Assembly (NCBI GenBank): GCA_001189155.1
Contig: LFCP01000004.1
Span: 68,782 to 132,781, forward strand
Source: Parcubacteria bacterium C7867-006
Lineage (GTDB): Bacteria > Patescibacteriota > Minisyncoccia > Phycocordibacterales > DATDWN01
Direction of reading: 5' to 3'
Length of the DNA stretch: 64,000 nt
The position numbers and the translations under genes were made by a program. A model generated the notes under the pieces. It was given only the letters and a program-made list of their open reading frames with translations, was not told where the DNA came from and did no database searches. Positions 1-9,765 of this stretch are shown one piece after another (the stretch's first letter is position 1; each line of letters starts with the position of its first letter).

Positions 1-80
1 GCTTCTGGTAGCTCTGATATTATTTTTTTAATTTCTTTATTAAGCACTTTATTTATATTATAATTTTATCGGAGGTAAGT

Positions 81-209
81 GTGAACCTTGCCCAGATCGC
101 AGCAGTGGCCGGCATTATTGTCGTAGCCGTTGGCTCAATCGTTGCGTTCATCTACACCTGCAAGTTCGAGAAGGCTCACCAACACATGGAAAATACTCGG
201 GGAGAATAG
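81..209 (+). CDS. small GC-rich membrane protein (42 aa, GTG start; MNLAQIAAVAGIIVVAVGSIVAFIYTCKFEKAHQHMENTRGE)
   Basis: GGAGGT Shine-Dalgarno 4 nt before GTG at 81; N-terminal TM helix; about 60% GC versus about 33% background; followed by hairpin terminator; not in ORF track (<60 aa). Confidence 0.35.
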   Translation: MNLAQIAAVAGIIVVAVGSIVAFIYTCKFEKAHQHMENTRGE

Positions 210-246
210 GTTGCGACAACCTGGATGTCGCTGGAGGCGCCATGAG

Positions 247-275
247 GGCCGGACTTGTTCCGGCTCTTTTATTTT
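247..275. terminator. rho-independent-type hairpin GCCGGA-cttgt-TCCGGC plus T-run; bidirectional between small ORF and uvrA 3' end
   Basis: perfect 6-bp GC stem, 5-nt loop, tctttt atttt run. Confidence 0.4.
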
Positions 276-2962
276 CTGTAAGCTTTATACTGTTTCAAAG
301 CTTTCTTCAAATATTTTCCTGTGTGACTCTTTTCATTGTTCGCCACCTCCTCTGGTGTGCCTTTTGCAACCAACTGTCCACCACCCGCCCCACCTTCTGG
401 ACCAATGTCCAAAATATAGTCGGCAGATTTTATGATATCCATATTGTGTTCGATAACGACAACTGTATTACCTTTATTTACCAACTTTTGCAAAATCTCA
501 ATCAACTTCTTTACATCTTCATAATGAAGACCGATAGTTGGTTCATCCAAAAGGTAAATTGTTTTCTGTAGATGTGGTCTATACAACTCAGAAGAAACTT
601 TTACTCTCTGAGCCTCTCCCCCAGATAGAGTAGTTGCCGACTGACCAAGCTCAAGATATCCAAGGCCAACATCATCCAAACATTTTAGTCTGTCATATAT
701 AGCTGGAATATCTCCAAAAAACTTCAATGCTTCTTCTACTGTCATTTTTAAAACATCGTGAATATTTTTCTTTTTATATTGAACCTCCAAAGTCTCTTTC
801 ATAAACCTCTTACCCTTACAGACATCACAAGGTACATATACTGTCGGCAAAAAGTGCATTTCAACTTCTATCATTCCATTTCCTTGGCAAGTCTCACATC
901 TTCCACCCTTAACATTGAAAGAAAACCTGTTAGCTTTCCAGCCACGAGCACGAGCCTCAGATGTTTCTGCAAACAAATCACGAATAAATGACCAACTACC
1001 TGTGTATGTCGCTGGGTTTGAACGAGGAGTTCGACCTATCGGGGACTGGTCAATCAAAATTGTTCTACCCAAATATTCTGTACCAGCAAAACTTCCGCAA
1101 TTAAATGTTTCTGCTGTTCTATATTTTCTTTCTAATCTTGCCTGAAGATTTTTATGAAGTATTTCATACACAAAAGAAGACTTACCTGAACCAGAAACTC
1201 CTGTAACAGCAACAAACCGTCCTAACGGAATATCTACGTTCATATTTTTGATATTGAAAACTTTTCCTCCACGTATTTGTATTTCACCTTTTGGATCAGT
1301 TCGTCTTTCTTCTGGAACCTCAATAACTTTATCTCCACGTAAATAATCCAATGTTACTGAACCAGATGTGTTTTTCTTTGCAGTCAACAAATCTTCTAGA
1401 TAGTCGGCTACCACAACATTACCACCATGAACCCCAGCTCCCGGGCCAATATCAACAATATAATCAGAAGCGTAAATAGTATCCTCGTCGTGCTCAACCA
1501 CCACTATAGTATTTCCAAGATTTTTTAAATCAATAAGTGTTTGTATTAGTCTATCATTGTCACGGGAATGTAATCCGATAGTTGGCTCGTCCAAAACATA
1601 AAGCGCCCCAACTAAACCAGAACCAAGCTGGCTAGCTAGACGAATACGTTGTGCCTCTCCTCCAGAAAGAGTGTGTGCTCGTCTGTCCAAAGACAAATAC
1701 TCAATACCAACGTTTAGCATAAACAGTAGTCGTGACTCGATTTCTCGCATTACAACTTTTGATATATTTTTCTCCCGCTCTGTCATTTTCAAACTTTCAA
1801 AAAACTCATATGCATCTTTAATAGACATTGCAGTTAACTCAACAATATTTTTTTTACCAATCAAAACATGCAGAGCTTCTTCTCGGAGTCTAGCACCCTT
1901 ACACTTTGGACAAGGCTCGTTACCAAAAAAGTGTCTTGTACCTAGGCCATTACATTCTGGACACGCACCGTATGGTGAGTTGAACGAAAAAAGTCTTGGC
2001 TCAACTTCTGGATATGAATACCCATCCTTCGGACAAGAAAGTTTTGAAGACATAAAAAATTCTTCAGGAATATAAGTTTTATTTTTTTCCTGACTCATAT
2101 CTCGGAACATTATTTTTACCTGACCGTCTGACTCGTTCAGAGCTTTTTCCAAATCTTCAGACAATCTTTCTTCTGCACTTTTTGTGTCAGTTTTAAAATC
2201 TAAAATAGAAATACTATCTACCAGCACATCTATAGTATGTCGTTTTGTTTTTGAAAGCTCTATTCTGTCACGAAGAGAACTTCGCACGCCATCAACTAGT
2301 ACATGTGAGTAGCCCTTACCAAGCAAATCATAAAGTAACTGATAGTACTCACCCTTTCTACCTTTTACTACGGGAGCAAAAATCTCAACATACATTGGAA
2401 GCTGAATCTTTTTTGAGTTTGCCACAAAATCTTTCTTCTTTGCCTCAACCTTTTCAAGTACAAAGTTTTTTATTTCTTCATTTGAAAGTTTTGTTATTTC
2501 ATCTCCACAAATAAGACAGTGTGGATGACCAACTCGTGAATACAAAATACGTAGATAGTCATATATTTCAGTTATGGTCGCCACTGTTGAACGAGGGTTG
2601 TTTGAACGAGACTTTTGATCAATAGAAATAGCTGGAGAAAGACCGACAATCTCATCAACATCTGGTTTCTGCATCTGTCTTAGGAACTGTCTAGCGTAGG
2701 ACGAAAGAGATTCAACGTATCTACGTTGACCTTCGGCAAAAATAGTATCGAATGCAAGCGATGACTTCCCTGAACCAGAGAGACCGGTAAAAACCACCAT
2801 CTTATTTCGTGGCATTTCTACAGTGATATTTTTAAGATTATGAGTTCTGGCTCCCTTTACTATAATCTTATCTTCGTTATTTTTATTGTCTTTTTTAACC
2901 ATATACGTAAACACAACCCCCGTTCGCTCTATAGGGTTGTTATATAAAAAGGATATTACCAC
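269..2962 (-). CDS. uvrA: excinuclease ABC subunit A UvrA (likely true start at 2902, MVKKDNK...)
   Basis: two ABC ATPase modules, [14 protein letters not shown] Walker A, zinc-finger CxxC motifs; N-terminal 20-aa extension of the ORF atypical. Confidence 0.95.
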   Translation of the reverse strand: MVISFLYNNPIERTGVVFTYMVKKDNKNNEDKIIVKGARTHNLKNITVEMPRNKMVVFTGLSGSGKSSLAFDTIFAEGQRRYVESLSSYARQFLRQMQKPDVDEIVGLSPAISIDQKSRSNNPRSTVATITEIYDYLRILYSRVGHPHCLICGDEITKLSNEEIKNFVLEKVEAKKKDFVANSKKIQLPMYVEIFAPVVKGRKGEYYQLLYDLLGKGYSHVLVDGVRSSLRDRIELSKTKRHTIDVLVDSISILDFKTDTKSAEERLSEDLEKALNESDGQVKIMFRDMSQEKNKTYIPEEFFMSSKLSCPKDGYSYPEVEPRLFSFNSPYGACPECNGLGTRHFFGNEPCPKCKGARLREEALHVLIGKKNIVELTAMSIKDAYEFFESLKMTEREKNISKVVMREIESRLLFMLNVGIEYLSLDRRAHTLSGGEAQRIRLASQLGSGLVGALYVLDEPTIGLHSRDNDRLIQTLIDLKNLGNTIVVVEHDEDTIYASDYIVDIGPGAGVHGGNVVVADYLEDLLTAKKNTSGSVTLDYLRGDKVIEVPEERRTDPKGEIQIRGGKVFNIKNMNVDIPLGRFVAVTGVSGSGKSSFVYEILHKNLQARLERKYRTAETFNCGSFAGTEYLGRTILIDQSPIGRTPRSNPATYTGSWSFIRDLFAETSEARARGWKANRFSFNVKGGRCETCQGNGMIEVEMHFLPTVYVPCDVCKGKRFMKETLEVQYKKKNIHDVLKMTVEEALKFFGDIPAIYDRLKCLDDVGLGYLELGQSATTLSGGEAQRVKVSSELYRPHLQKTIYLLDEPTIGLHYEDVKKLIEILQKLVNKGNTVVVIEHNMDIIKSADYILDIGPEGGAGGGQLVAKGTPEEVANNEKSHTGKYLKKALKQYKAYRK
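2914..2926. promoter_or_regulatory. possible LexA/Cheo-like SOS box CGAAC-N4-GTTG 12 nt upstream of the uvrA start at 2902
   Basis: CAACCCCCGTTCG resembles CGAAC-N4-GTTCG (one arm mismatch); lies inside a longer ACAACCC...GGGTTGT inverted repeat. Confidence 0.15.
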
Positions 2963-2995
2963 AGAAACAAATCAGCGACAAACAACAACGTAGAA

Positions 2996-3028
2996 GCCGG
3001 CGAGTCCTCCCAATGAAGACACGCCGGC
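2996..3028 (-). terminator. GC hairpin GCCGGCG-loop(agtcctCCCAATGAAGACA)-CGCCGGC, copy 1 of a duplicated hairpin, 9 nt after stop of small ORF 3037..3210
   Basis: 7-bp perfect stem; loop core cccaatgRagaca shared with copy at 3294..3321. Confidence 0.4.
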
Positions 3029-3036
3029 TCAACAAA

Positions 3037-3210
3037 CTATGCCCCAACAAGGGCCCTAGAACGTCCTCGAAGGCGAGGTCGAAGGTGAGAGAAAGCCTCT
3101 CTGCCGAGGCCGGGCCTCACCTCATCGAGGAGAGAGCCGGCAACACCAACGCACGCGAGGATGCAAGCGACGAGAACGGAACCTTTGACAAGCACTTCTT
3201 GGAAGTCCAT
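3037..3210 (-). CDS. small GC-rich hydrophobic protein (57 aa; MDFQEVLVKGSVLVACILACVGVAGSLLDEVRPGLGREAFSHLRPRLRGRSRALVGA)
   Basis: ATG with weak AAGGG SD; N-terminal TM-like segment; C-terminal PRLRG shared with ORF 3330..3530; followed by hairpin copy 1; upstream TTTGACG -35-like box. Confidence 0.3.
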   Translation of the reverse strand: MDFQEVLVKGSVLVACILACVGVAGSLLDEVRPGLGREAFSHLRPRLRGRSRALVGA

Positions 3211-3293
3211 GCACGGCCCTTTCGTCTAACTACCCAAAGATAATTATGTATTTTATTTATAAAAACGTCAAACAATCTTTATATAAACGAACA

Positions 3294-3321
3294 CCGGCGG
3301 CCCCCAATGGAGACACGCCGG
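3294..3321 (-). terminator. GC hairpin CCGGCG-loop(gcCCCAATGGAGACA)-CGCCGG, copy 2, 9 nt after stop of ORF 3330..3530, followed by T-rich tract
   Basis: 6-bp stem; loop motif shared with copy 1. Confidence 0.4.
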
Positions 3322-3329
3322 CAGTATAT

Positions 3330-3530
3330 CTATGTCCGAATCGCACCGCGAAGTCGAGGTGTATGCATATGGCACCTGATCCACACCCAGAAGGTAGAGA
3401 TAGAGCAATATGCGAAACACACAACAACGGCACAAAGAACATAGAAGACGATGAGGCAGATCACTCCGATGACAGTAGCTACCACTGTGGCAGCTATCAC
3501 CAAGAAAATGAGCAAGGCCTCCACGTACAT
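3330..3530 (-). CDS. small GC-rich transmembrane protein (66 aa; MYVEALLIFLVIAATVVATVIGVICLIVFYVLCAVVVCFAYCSISTFWVWIRCHMHTPRLRGAIRT)
   Basis: ATG overlaps stop of upstream ORF (TGATG coupling) with GGAG 3 nt upstream; about 35-residue hydrophobic stretch; terminator hairpin downstream. Confidence 0.35.
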   Translation of the reverse strand: MYVEALLIFLVIAATVVATVIGVICLIVFYVLCAVVVCFAYCSISTFWVWIRCHMHTPRLRGAIRT

Positions 3531-3739
3531 CAGCTCCAGTACGGAGAGTGGTCGAGCTTCGGAACCGTCCGTGGTCGAGCTTCCTCGTACCATCGTTCGG
3601 TGTGCCGGAGCACGACTTCCTTGGAAAGCGATGGCGAGTTCCACACCTCGGAGAAAGAACGCCGAGGTGCTTCGCTAACGATCACCACTCCATGAACGAC
3701 TGAAACCAGCCCGAAAAGCGCCTTAACGAGAGTTCCCAT
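3530..3739 (-). CDS. small GC-rich protein (69 aa; MGTLVKALFGLVSVVHGVVIVSEAPRRSF...) first gene of a 2-gene mini-operon
   Basis: strong SD GGGGAGGaagcggATG; N-terminal hydrophobic segment; TTGACA -35-like box at 3794..3799 just after uvrB stop. Confidence 0.4.
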   Translation of the reverse strand: MGTLVKALFGLVSVVHGVVIVSEAPRRSFSEVWNSPSLSKEVVLRHTERWYEEARPRTVPKLDHSPYWS

Positions 3740-3802
3740 CCGCTTCCTCCCCAAAGAGTGTCCTCTCTTTATTGTGTAATATTTATGATTTACTGTCAAT
3801 TA

Positions 3803-5908
3803 CTATCTCAGCAAGTCTTTGTTTCTAGGATTTACAATTTTTTTAGGTTTTTGTGACTCGAGAATTTTTTGTAGCTCAAGTATTTCATCTCTTAATATAG
3901 CGGCAGTTTCAAAATCTAATATTTTTACTGCACCATCCATTTGTTTTTCTTTCTGTCGTATTAGTTTAGCCGGATCTTTTTCTAACATTTTTTTATCAAC
4001 TTCCAACAAAGCAGAAACTGTTTTTTGATGTTCGTTTCGAAGCTGGTCAGTAATATCTTGAATTTTTTTGATAATTGTTTTTGGAGTTATGCCATGTTTT
4101 TTATTGTACTCCATCTGTAGTGTTCTACGTCTAGCAGTTTCATCTATAGCGTACTTCATAGATTTTGTAACTGTATCTGCATAAAGAATCACACGACCAT
4201 CTATGTTTCTAGCTGCACGACCAATAATCTGTATGAGTGAAGTCTCACTTCGGAGAAAACCTTCTTTATCTGCATCCAAAATTCCAATCAGTTTAACTTC
4301 TGGCAAATCCAAACCTTCTCGCAATAGATTTACACCAACAAGAACATCAAAAGTACCCCTTCGAAGATTTGTTAATATTTCAATTCTTTCTATTGTTTTG
4401 ATATCGCTATGAAGATACTCTGCCTTGATTCCCTTTTCTTTCAAATATTCACTCAGATCCTCTGCCATTTTTTTAGTTAGAGTTGTTGCGATTACCCTAC
4501 CACCATCTTTTATAGACTTCTCAGCCTCCTTTATAAAATCTTTCACCTGACCAGGATAACTCCCCTTTTCAACAATAGGTTTTACGTCTACAACTGGATC
4601 AATCAATCCTGTTGGTCGTATAACTTGTTCAACAACTTGTTCTGAATGTTCTTTTTCGTATGTACTAGGTGTAGCTGATGTGTAAATAACCTGTCCAACC
4701 CTCTCCTCAAACTCGTTGAACTTTAGAGGTCTATTGTCTTTTGCACTTGGAAGTCTGAAACCGAAATCAACTAGACTCTGTTTTCTGGAAGCATCTCCAC
4801 CGTACATCGCGCCGATTTGAGGAACTGACACATGAGACTCATCTATAACAGTCAAAAAATCTGGTGAGCCATCTTTATTGTGCGGAAAGTATGCAAGTAA
4901 TGTATCAGGAGCCTCTCCAGGTTTTTTACCAGAAAAATGTCGCGAGTAATTTTCTATTCCATTGCAATACCCCATCTCACGGATAAGTGCTAGATCATAT
5001 GTTGTGCGTCTTTTTAATCTCTCCGCTTCAAGATTTTTTCCTTCTTTCTCTAACTCCTTTAAACGTTTAGCCAATTCTGCCTTAATTGATTTAAATGCTC
5101 TCTCATTCTGCTCGTTAGTTGAAATAAAATGTTTTGCTGGAAAAAGGAAAAAAGCATCTACTTCTTTTATTATTCCACGAGTTATAGCATCAATAACTAA
5201 AATTTGTTTTATTTTACTTTCATCTATTTCAATTCGATAAATAACTTTTTCTGAAATGGGCATTATCTCTAACATATTACCTATAGCTCTGAACATTCCC
5301 GGTTTTAAGTCTGCAGTAGTTCTTTCAAAATGCACATCAATCAAGTTTCGAATAAAATCTGCTCTAGAAATTTTTTCTCCCTTACTGATTTTTACATTTA
5401 CTTTTTCATACTCAACAGGAGAACCTAAACCATAGATACAGGAAACTGACGCGACAATGATTACATCTTTTCTAGTTAAAAGAGCTTGTGTTGAAGCATG
5501 GCGAAGTCTATCTATCTCCTCATTTATCATTGCCTCTTTCTCTATGTATGTATCAGAAACTGGCATATAGGCTTCTGGCTGATAATAGTCATAATAAGAA
5601 ACAAAGTAATGCACGGCATTGTTTGGAAAAAATTCTCTATATTCCTGAGCTAGTTGTGCTGCGAGAGTTTTATTGTGAGCTATAACCAAAGTCGGCTTTT
5701 GAACCTCCTGTATAACGTTTGCAATAGTGTAAGTTTTTCCAGAACCAGTCACACCCAAAAGAGTCTGATGTTTCAGACCCTTTTTTACACCGTCGACCAA
5801 ACCCTTTATAGCTTTTGGTTGATCCCCAGCTGGAGGATATTCTCTTTTAATCTCAAATTTCATTTTCACACTATACAATAAATTTAGATATAGAAAAAGG
5901 CGACACAT
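3803..5908 (-). CDS. uvrB: excinuclease ABC subunit B UvrB (likely true start 5863, MKFEIKREYPPAGDQP)
   Basis: GVTGSGKT Walker A, helicase motifs, UvrB/UvrC interaction C-terminus; ORF-track N-terminal extension runs into a terminator hairpin loop. Confidence 0.95.
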   Translation of the reverse strand: MCRLFLYLNLLYSVKMKFEIKREYPPAGDQPKAIKGLVDGVKKGLKHQTLLGVTGSGKTYTIANVIQEVQKPTLVIAHNKTLAAQLAQEYREFFPNNAVHYFVSYYDYYQPEAYMPVSDTYIEKEAMINEEIDRLRHASTQALLTRKDVIIVASVSCIYGLGSPVEYEKVNVKISKGEKISRADFIRNLIDVHFERTTADLKPGMFRAIGNMLEIMPISEKVIYRIEIDESKIKQILVIDAITRGIIKEVDAFFLFPAKHFISTNEQNERAFKSIKAELAKRLKELEKEGKNLEAERLKRRTTYDLALIREMGYCNGIENYSRHFSGKKPGEAPDTLLAYFPHNKDGSPDFLTVIDESHVSVPQIGAMYGGDASRKQSLVDFGFRLPSAKDNRPLKFNEFEERVGQVIYTSATPSTYEKEHSEQVVEQVIRPTGLIDPVVDVKPIVEKGSYPGQVKDFIKEAEKSIKDGGRVIATTLTKKMAEDLSEYLKEKGIKAEYLHSDIKTIERIEILTNLRRGTFDVLVGVNLLREGLDLPEVKLIGILDADKEGFLRSETSLIQIIGRAARNIDGRVILYADTVTKSMKYAIDETARRRTLQMEYNKKHGITPKTIIKKIQDITDQLRNEHQKTVSALLEVDKKMLEKDPAKLIRQKEKQMDGAVKILDFETAAILRDEILELQKILESQKPKKIVNPRNKDLLR

Positions 5909-5916
5909 TGTCGCCT
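5898..5916 (-). terminator. perfect 8-bp hairpin AGGCGACA-cat-TGTCGCCT flanked by A5/T5 runs (bidirectional)
   Basis: seen directly; sits between GC-rich island 5920..6310 and uvrB start. Confidence 0.5.
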
Positions 5917-5919
5917 GGT

Positions 5920-6310
5920 GGTGGAACTACGGTTGGACTAGAAGACCCAACATATGGAGATCGTCGGGGGAAGAGTCCGACGACAGACCCATGGCAAGGC
6001 CTGGAGCGCGCTCCAAGGTTAGGTGGGGGTGGTTGCCCAAGACACCCAGTCCAACCGTGTTCCATTAGCAACACTACTACTTATTAAAAATTTGTCAAAT
6101 TGCTTTATATTAAATATAAAAAACGGCGATCCAAATGGACCAGCCGTGTGACGAGTGCGGTGGACAGTTGTCCACATAAAGAGCGTATTACAGTCTGCCG
6201 AAGCAAACTACACAGGTGGGTAGAATATCCTTCCCACGGTTATAGAGGCTTTATTCATCCTCTACCCAGACCGGGGTTATTACCTAAGTACATCACCCAC
6301 CTGAACTAAT
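5920..6310. ncRNA. candidate structured RNA(s) in GC-rich island, class unassigned
   Basis: about 55% GC island in AT-rich intergenic; long-range 11-bp helix 5929..5939/6048..6058, palindrome GGAGCGCGCTCC 6003..6014, 9-bp helix 6213..6221/6295..6303; only Pro/Arg-rich junk ORFs; no tRNA T-loop or RNase P P4 motifs found. Confidence 0.25.
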
Positions 6311-6336
6311 TGTAGCTCTATAAAAAAGAAAGTCAA

Positions 6337-7596
<1,260 letters not shown>

Positions 7597-7601
7597 TTAT
7601 A

Positions 7602-8096
7602 TTAATTCTCTACTTTCAATAGTTCGACCTCAAAAATAAGTGTAGATCCCCCTGGTATAGGTCCATAATCCTGATATCCATAACCGTACTCTGGTGGAAC
7701 AGAAAGAAGTCTCTTTCCTCCAACTCGCATGCCAACTATTCCCTCATCCCATCCTTTTATTACCTGACCAGAACCAAGTACGAACTGGAATGGTTCACCA
7801 CGAGAAACTGAACTATCAAAAACTCTTCCATCAACAAAACGTCCTGTATAGTGAACAACAACTCTACTACCCACACTTGCAATCTCTCCTGAACCAAACT
7901 CTTCATCCTGAACTAAAAGTTGTGATTGTCCTTGCGCCATATTTATTGGGTTTATTGAATCATTATTACTAAAAATAGAAACTAGTGTCTGACCGAAAAC
8001 AAAGAAAAATCCTACTATAAAGACAGCCACAGTAACAGCTATCCATTCTTTTTGACTTAATTTTTTCATAAGACTAATTATATTACGCCTAAACAC
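7602..8096 (-). CDS. FKBP-type peptidyl-prolyl cis-trans isomerase with N-terminal membrane anchor
   Basis: VVVHYTGRFVDGRVFDSS...GWDEGIVGMRVGGKR...FEVELLKV FKBP signature. Confidence 0.8.
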   Translation of the reverse strand: MFRRNIISLMKKLSQKEWIAVTVAVFIVGFFFVFGQTLVSIFSNNDSINPINMAQGQSQLLVQDEEFGSGEIASVGSRVVVHYTGRFVDGRVFDSSVSRGEPFQFVLGSGQVIKGWDEGIVGMRVGGKRLLSVPPEYGYGYQDYGPIPGGSTLIFEVELLKVEN

Positions 8097-8121
8097 TAAT
8101 GTAAATTAGGAAAACTAGGCT

Positions 8122-8877
8122 ATGGCGTATATAATGCCCAATATGTCAAAATCAAAGAAAACTCCTATTGAGAAAAAGGATGTTTATCCAATGAGAATAA
8201 ACAAATACCTAGCACACAAAGGACTGGCTACCCGCACAGGAGTAGATGAACTAATAAAAAGCAAAAAAATCCTTATAAATGGAGTTCTGGCTAAACTTGG
8301 AGACAAAGTTTCTGAAACTGATAAAGTTGAAGTTAGAGGTGTTCACAATAAAAAATATATTTATTTGGCTTACAACAAACCGGTTGGAATAGTTAGTACA
8401 AATCCTCAAGGTGACGAGAAAAGTATTATGGAGAACATAAAAATAAAAGAAAAAGTCTTCCCTGTTGGCCGACTAGACAAAGAATCTCATGGACTTATTA
8501 TTTTAACCAATGACGGCAGAGTAACAGATAGACTTCTAAATCCAGATAAAGATCATGAGAAAGAATATATCGTTAAAGTTGATAGAGCCTACACACCAGG
8601 GTTTATTAGAAATATGGAAAATGGAGTTGATATTGGAGATGGTATAACAAAAAAAGCAAAACTTAAAAAAATCAAAGAAAACATTTTTAGTATCACTTTA
8701 ACAGAAGGTAAAAATCGCCAGATTAGAAGAATGACTGAAAAACTTGGATACACTGTTCGAGATTTACAAAGAGTTCGTATACAAAATATTGAACTTGGTA
8801 AAACTCCAGTCAATAGTTATAGAGAAATAAATGGTGAGGAAAAGACAGAATTTTTAAAAAGTATAGGTTTAGAATAA
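8122..8877 (+). CDS. RNA pseudouridine synthase (RsuA/RluB family, S4 domain)
   Basis: S4 RNA-binding N-terminus, PVGRLDKESHGLIILTNDG catalytic Asp motif. Confidence 0.8.
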   Translation: MAYIMPNMSKSKKTPIEKKDVYPMRINKYLAHKGLATRTGVDELIKSKKILINGVLAKLGDKVSETDKVEVRGVHNKKYIYLAYNKPVGIVSTNPQGDEKSIMENIKIKEKVFPVGRLDKESHGLIILTNDGRVTDRLLNPDKDHEKEYIVKVDRAYTPGFIRNMENGVDIGDGITKKAKLKKIKENIFSITLTEGKNRQIRRMTEKLGYTVRDLQRVRIQNIELGKTPVNSYREINGEEKTEFLKSIGLE

Positions 8878-8917
8878 GAACTTGCGATTAAAGCTTTAGC
8901 CAAGTAAAATAAAGACT

Positions 8918-9542
8918 ATGAGTCCAAAAGAAATAATAAATACCCCGCCGAAACAATCGCCGGTTGAAATACTTACAAGACAAGAACTACACGACACAGC
9001 AGTTGAAAGAGTGCACCTTATCGCAAAAGAATTCACAAATGCTTTTAGTTTCCTGAGAAAATACCCTAAATCAGTAACGGCATTTGGCGGAAGTCATTTT
9101 AAAGAAACTGATCCAGAATACATTAAAGCAAGAAGTATCAGCTCTAGAATAGCCCAGGAATTACAATACTCAGTTGTTACAGGAGGAGGTCCAGGAATAA
9201 TGGAGGCTGTAAATAGAGGTGCTTTTGAAGTTGGAGGTCAGTCTCTAGGACTAACTATTGAACTTTCTAAACATCAAATAAAAAATAACTACCTAACAGA
9301 TAATCCAAACTAAAAAAATAGAGAGAGTTCCAATAATTCTAGTAGGTAGTGATTTCTGGAACCCGATTCATGAACTAATGAAAAAAGAACTACTAGGTCG
9401 AGGCACTATTGATGCTGATGATTTGGAACTATACAAAATACTAGACGATGAAGACGAAATAATAAACGTTATCAAAAACGCCCCAATTAGAAACGGAATA
9501 AAGTTTGACCACAAAGATGGTGAGGTTGTTTCAGATATGTAA
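8918..9542 (+). pseudogene. LOG-family (TIGR00730, cytokinin riboside 5'-monophosphate phosphoribohydrolase-like) gene, disrupted
   Basis: frame 1 ends at 9313 after motif 1 VTGGGPGIMEAV; C-terminal PIILVGSDFW...ELL segment continues in another frame from 9321; about 45 aa including the PGGxGTxEE motif are missing. Confidence 0.55.
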
Positions 9543-9555
9543 TATAACTTTTTAG

Positions 9556-9765
9556 TTATATTGTCTTTTTTATCTCCTTAAACTCGTTTTCGATTTCTGA
9601 AAGTCTTTCTTTTGAAGACTTTATTAGCTGTGCACCTTCTTTTACGTATTCTAGACCTTTCTCAACATCCAATTCAGATTGAGATTCAAACCAAGAAACT
9701 ATTTCAGATAGTTTTTTTAATGAATCTTTTAGATTTGTATCTCCTGTTTGTTTTTTTGTTGTCAT
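9556..9765 (-). CDS. xseB: exodeoxyribonuclease VII small subunit
   Basis: 69-aa helical protein, XseB family signature LSEIVSWFE...LE..L..YKEG, overlaps xseA by 4 nt. Confidence 0.8.
   Translation of the reverse strand: MTTKKQTGDTNLKDSLKKLSEIVSWFESQSELDVEKGLEYVKEGAQLIKSSKERLSEIENEFKEIKKTI

Noticed and set aside
130-571. Plus-strand ORFs 130..435 and 242..571 in the ORF track
   Set aside because: Arg/Pro/Cys-rich low-complexity translations in GC-rich DNA; these overlap the real GTG-start small ORF in another frame and the antisense strand of uvrA.
758-2514. Several 65-134-aa plus-strand ORFs inside uvrA (758..991, 915..1145, 1671..2075, 2245..2514)
   Set aside because: Antisense to a highly conserved, full-length UvrA; no RBS or domain signal; typical shadow ORFs.
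3013-3695. Plus-strand ORFs 3013..3243, 3246..3695, 3451..3678 in the uvrA-uvrB GC-rich cassette
   Set aside because: Low-complexity Asp/Glu/His/Ser/Arg-rich translations that are the mirror image of the hydrophobic minus-strand ORFs. The minus-strand ORFs carry GGAGG Shine-Dalgarno sequences and terminator hairpins; the plus ORFs begin with the hairpin loop sequence (CCTCCC is the SD complement).
5871-6309. ORFs 5871..6074 (minus) and 6100..6309 (plus) in the GC-rich island
   Set aside because: Pro/Arg-rich low-complexity products, no SD, one runs through a perfect terminator hairpin; the region has strong RNA-like long-range pairings, so it is more likely ncRNA.
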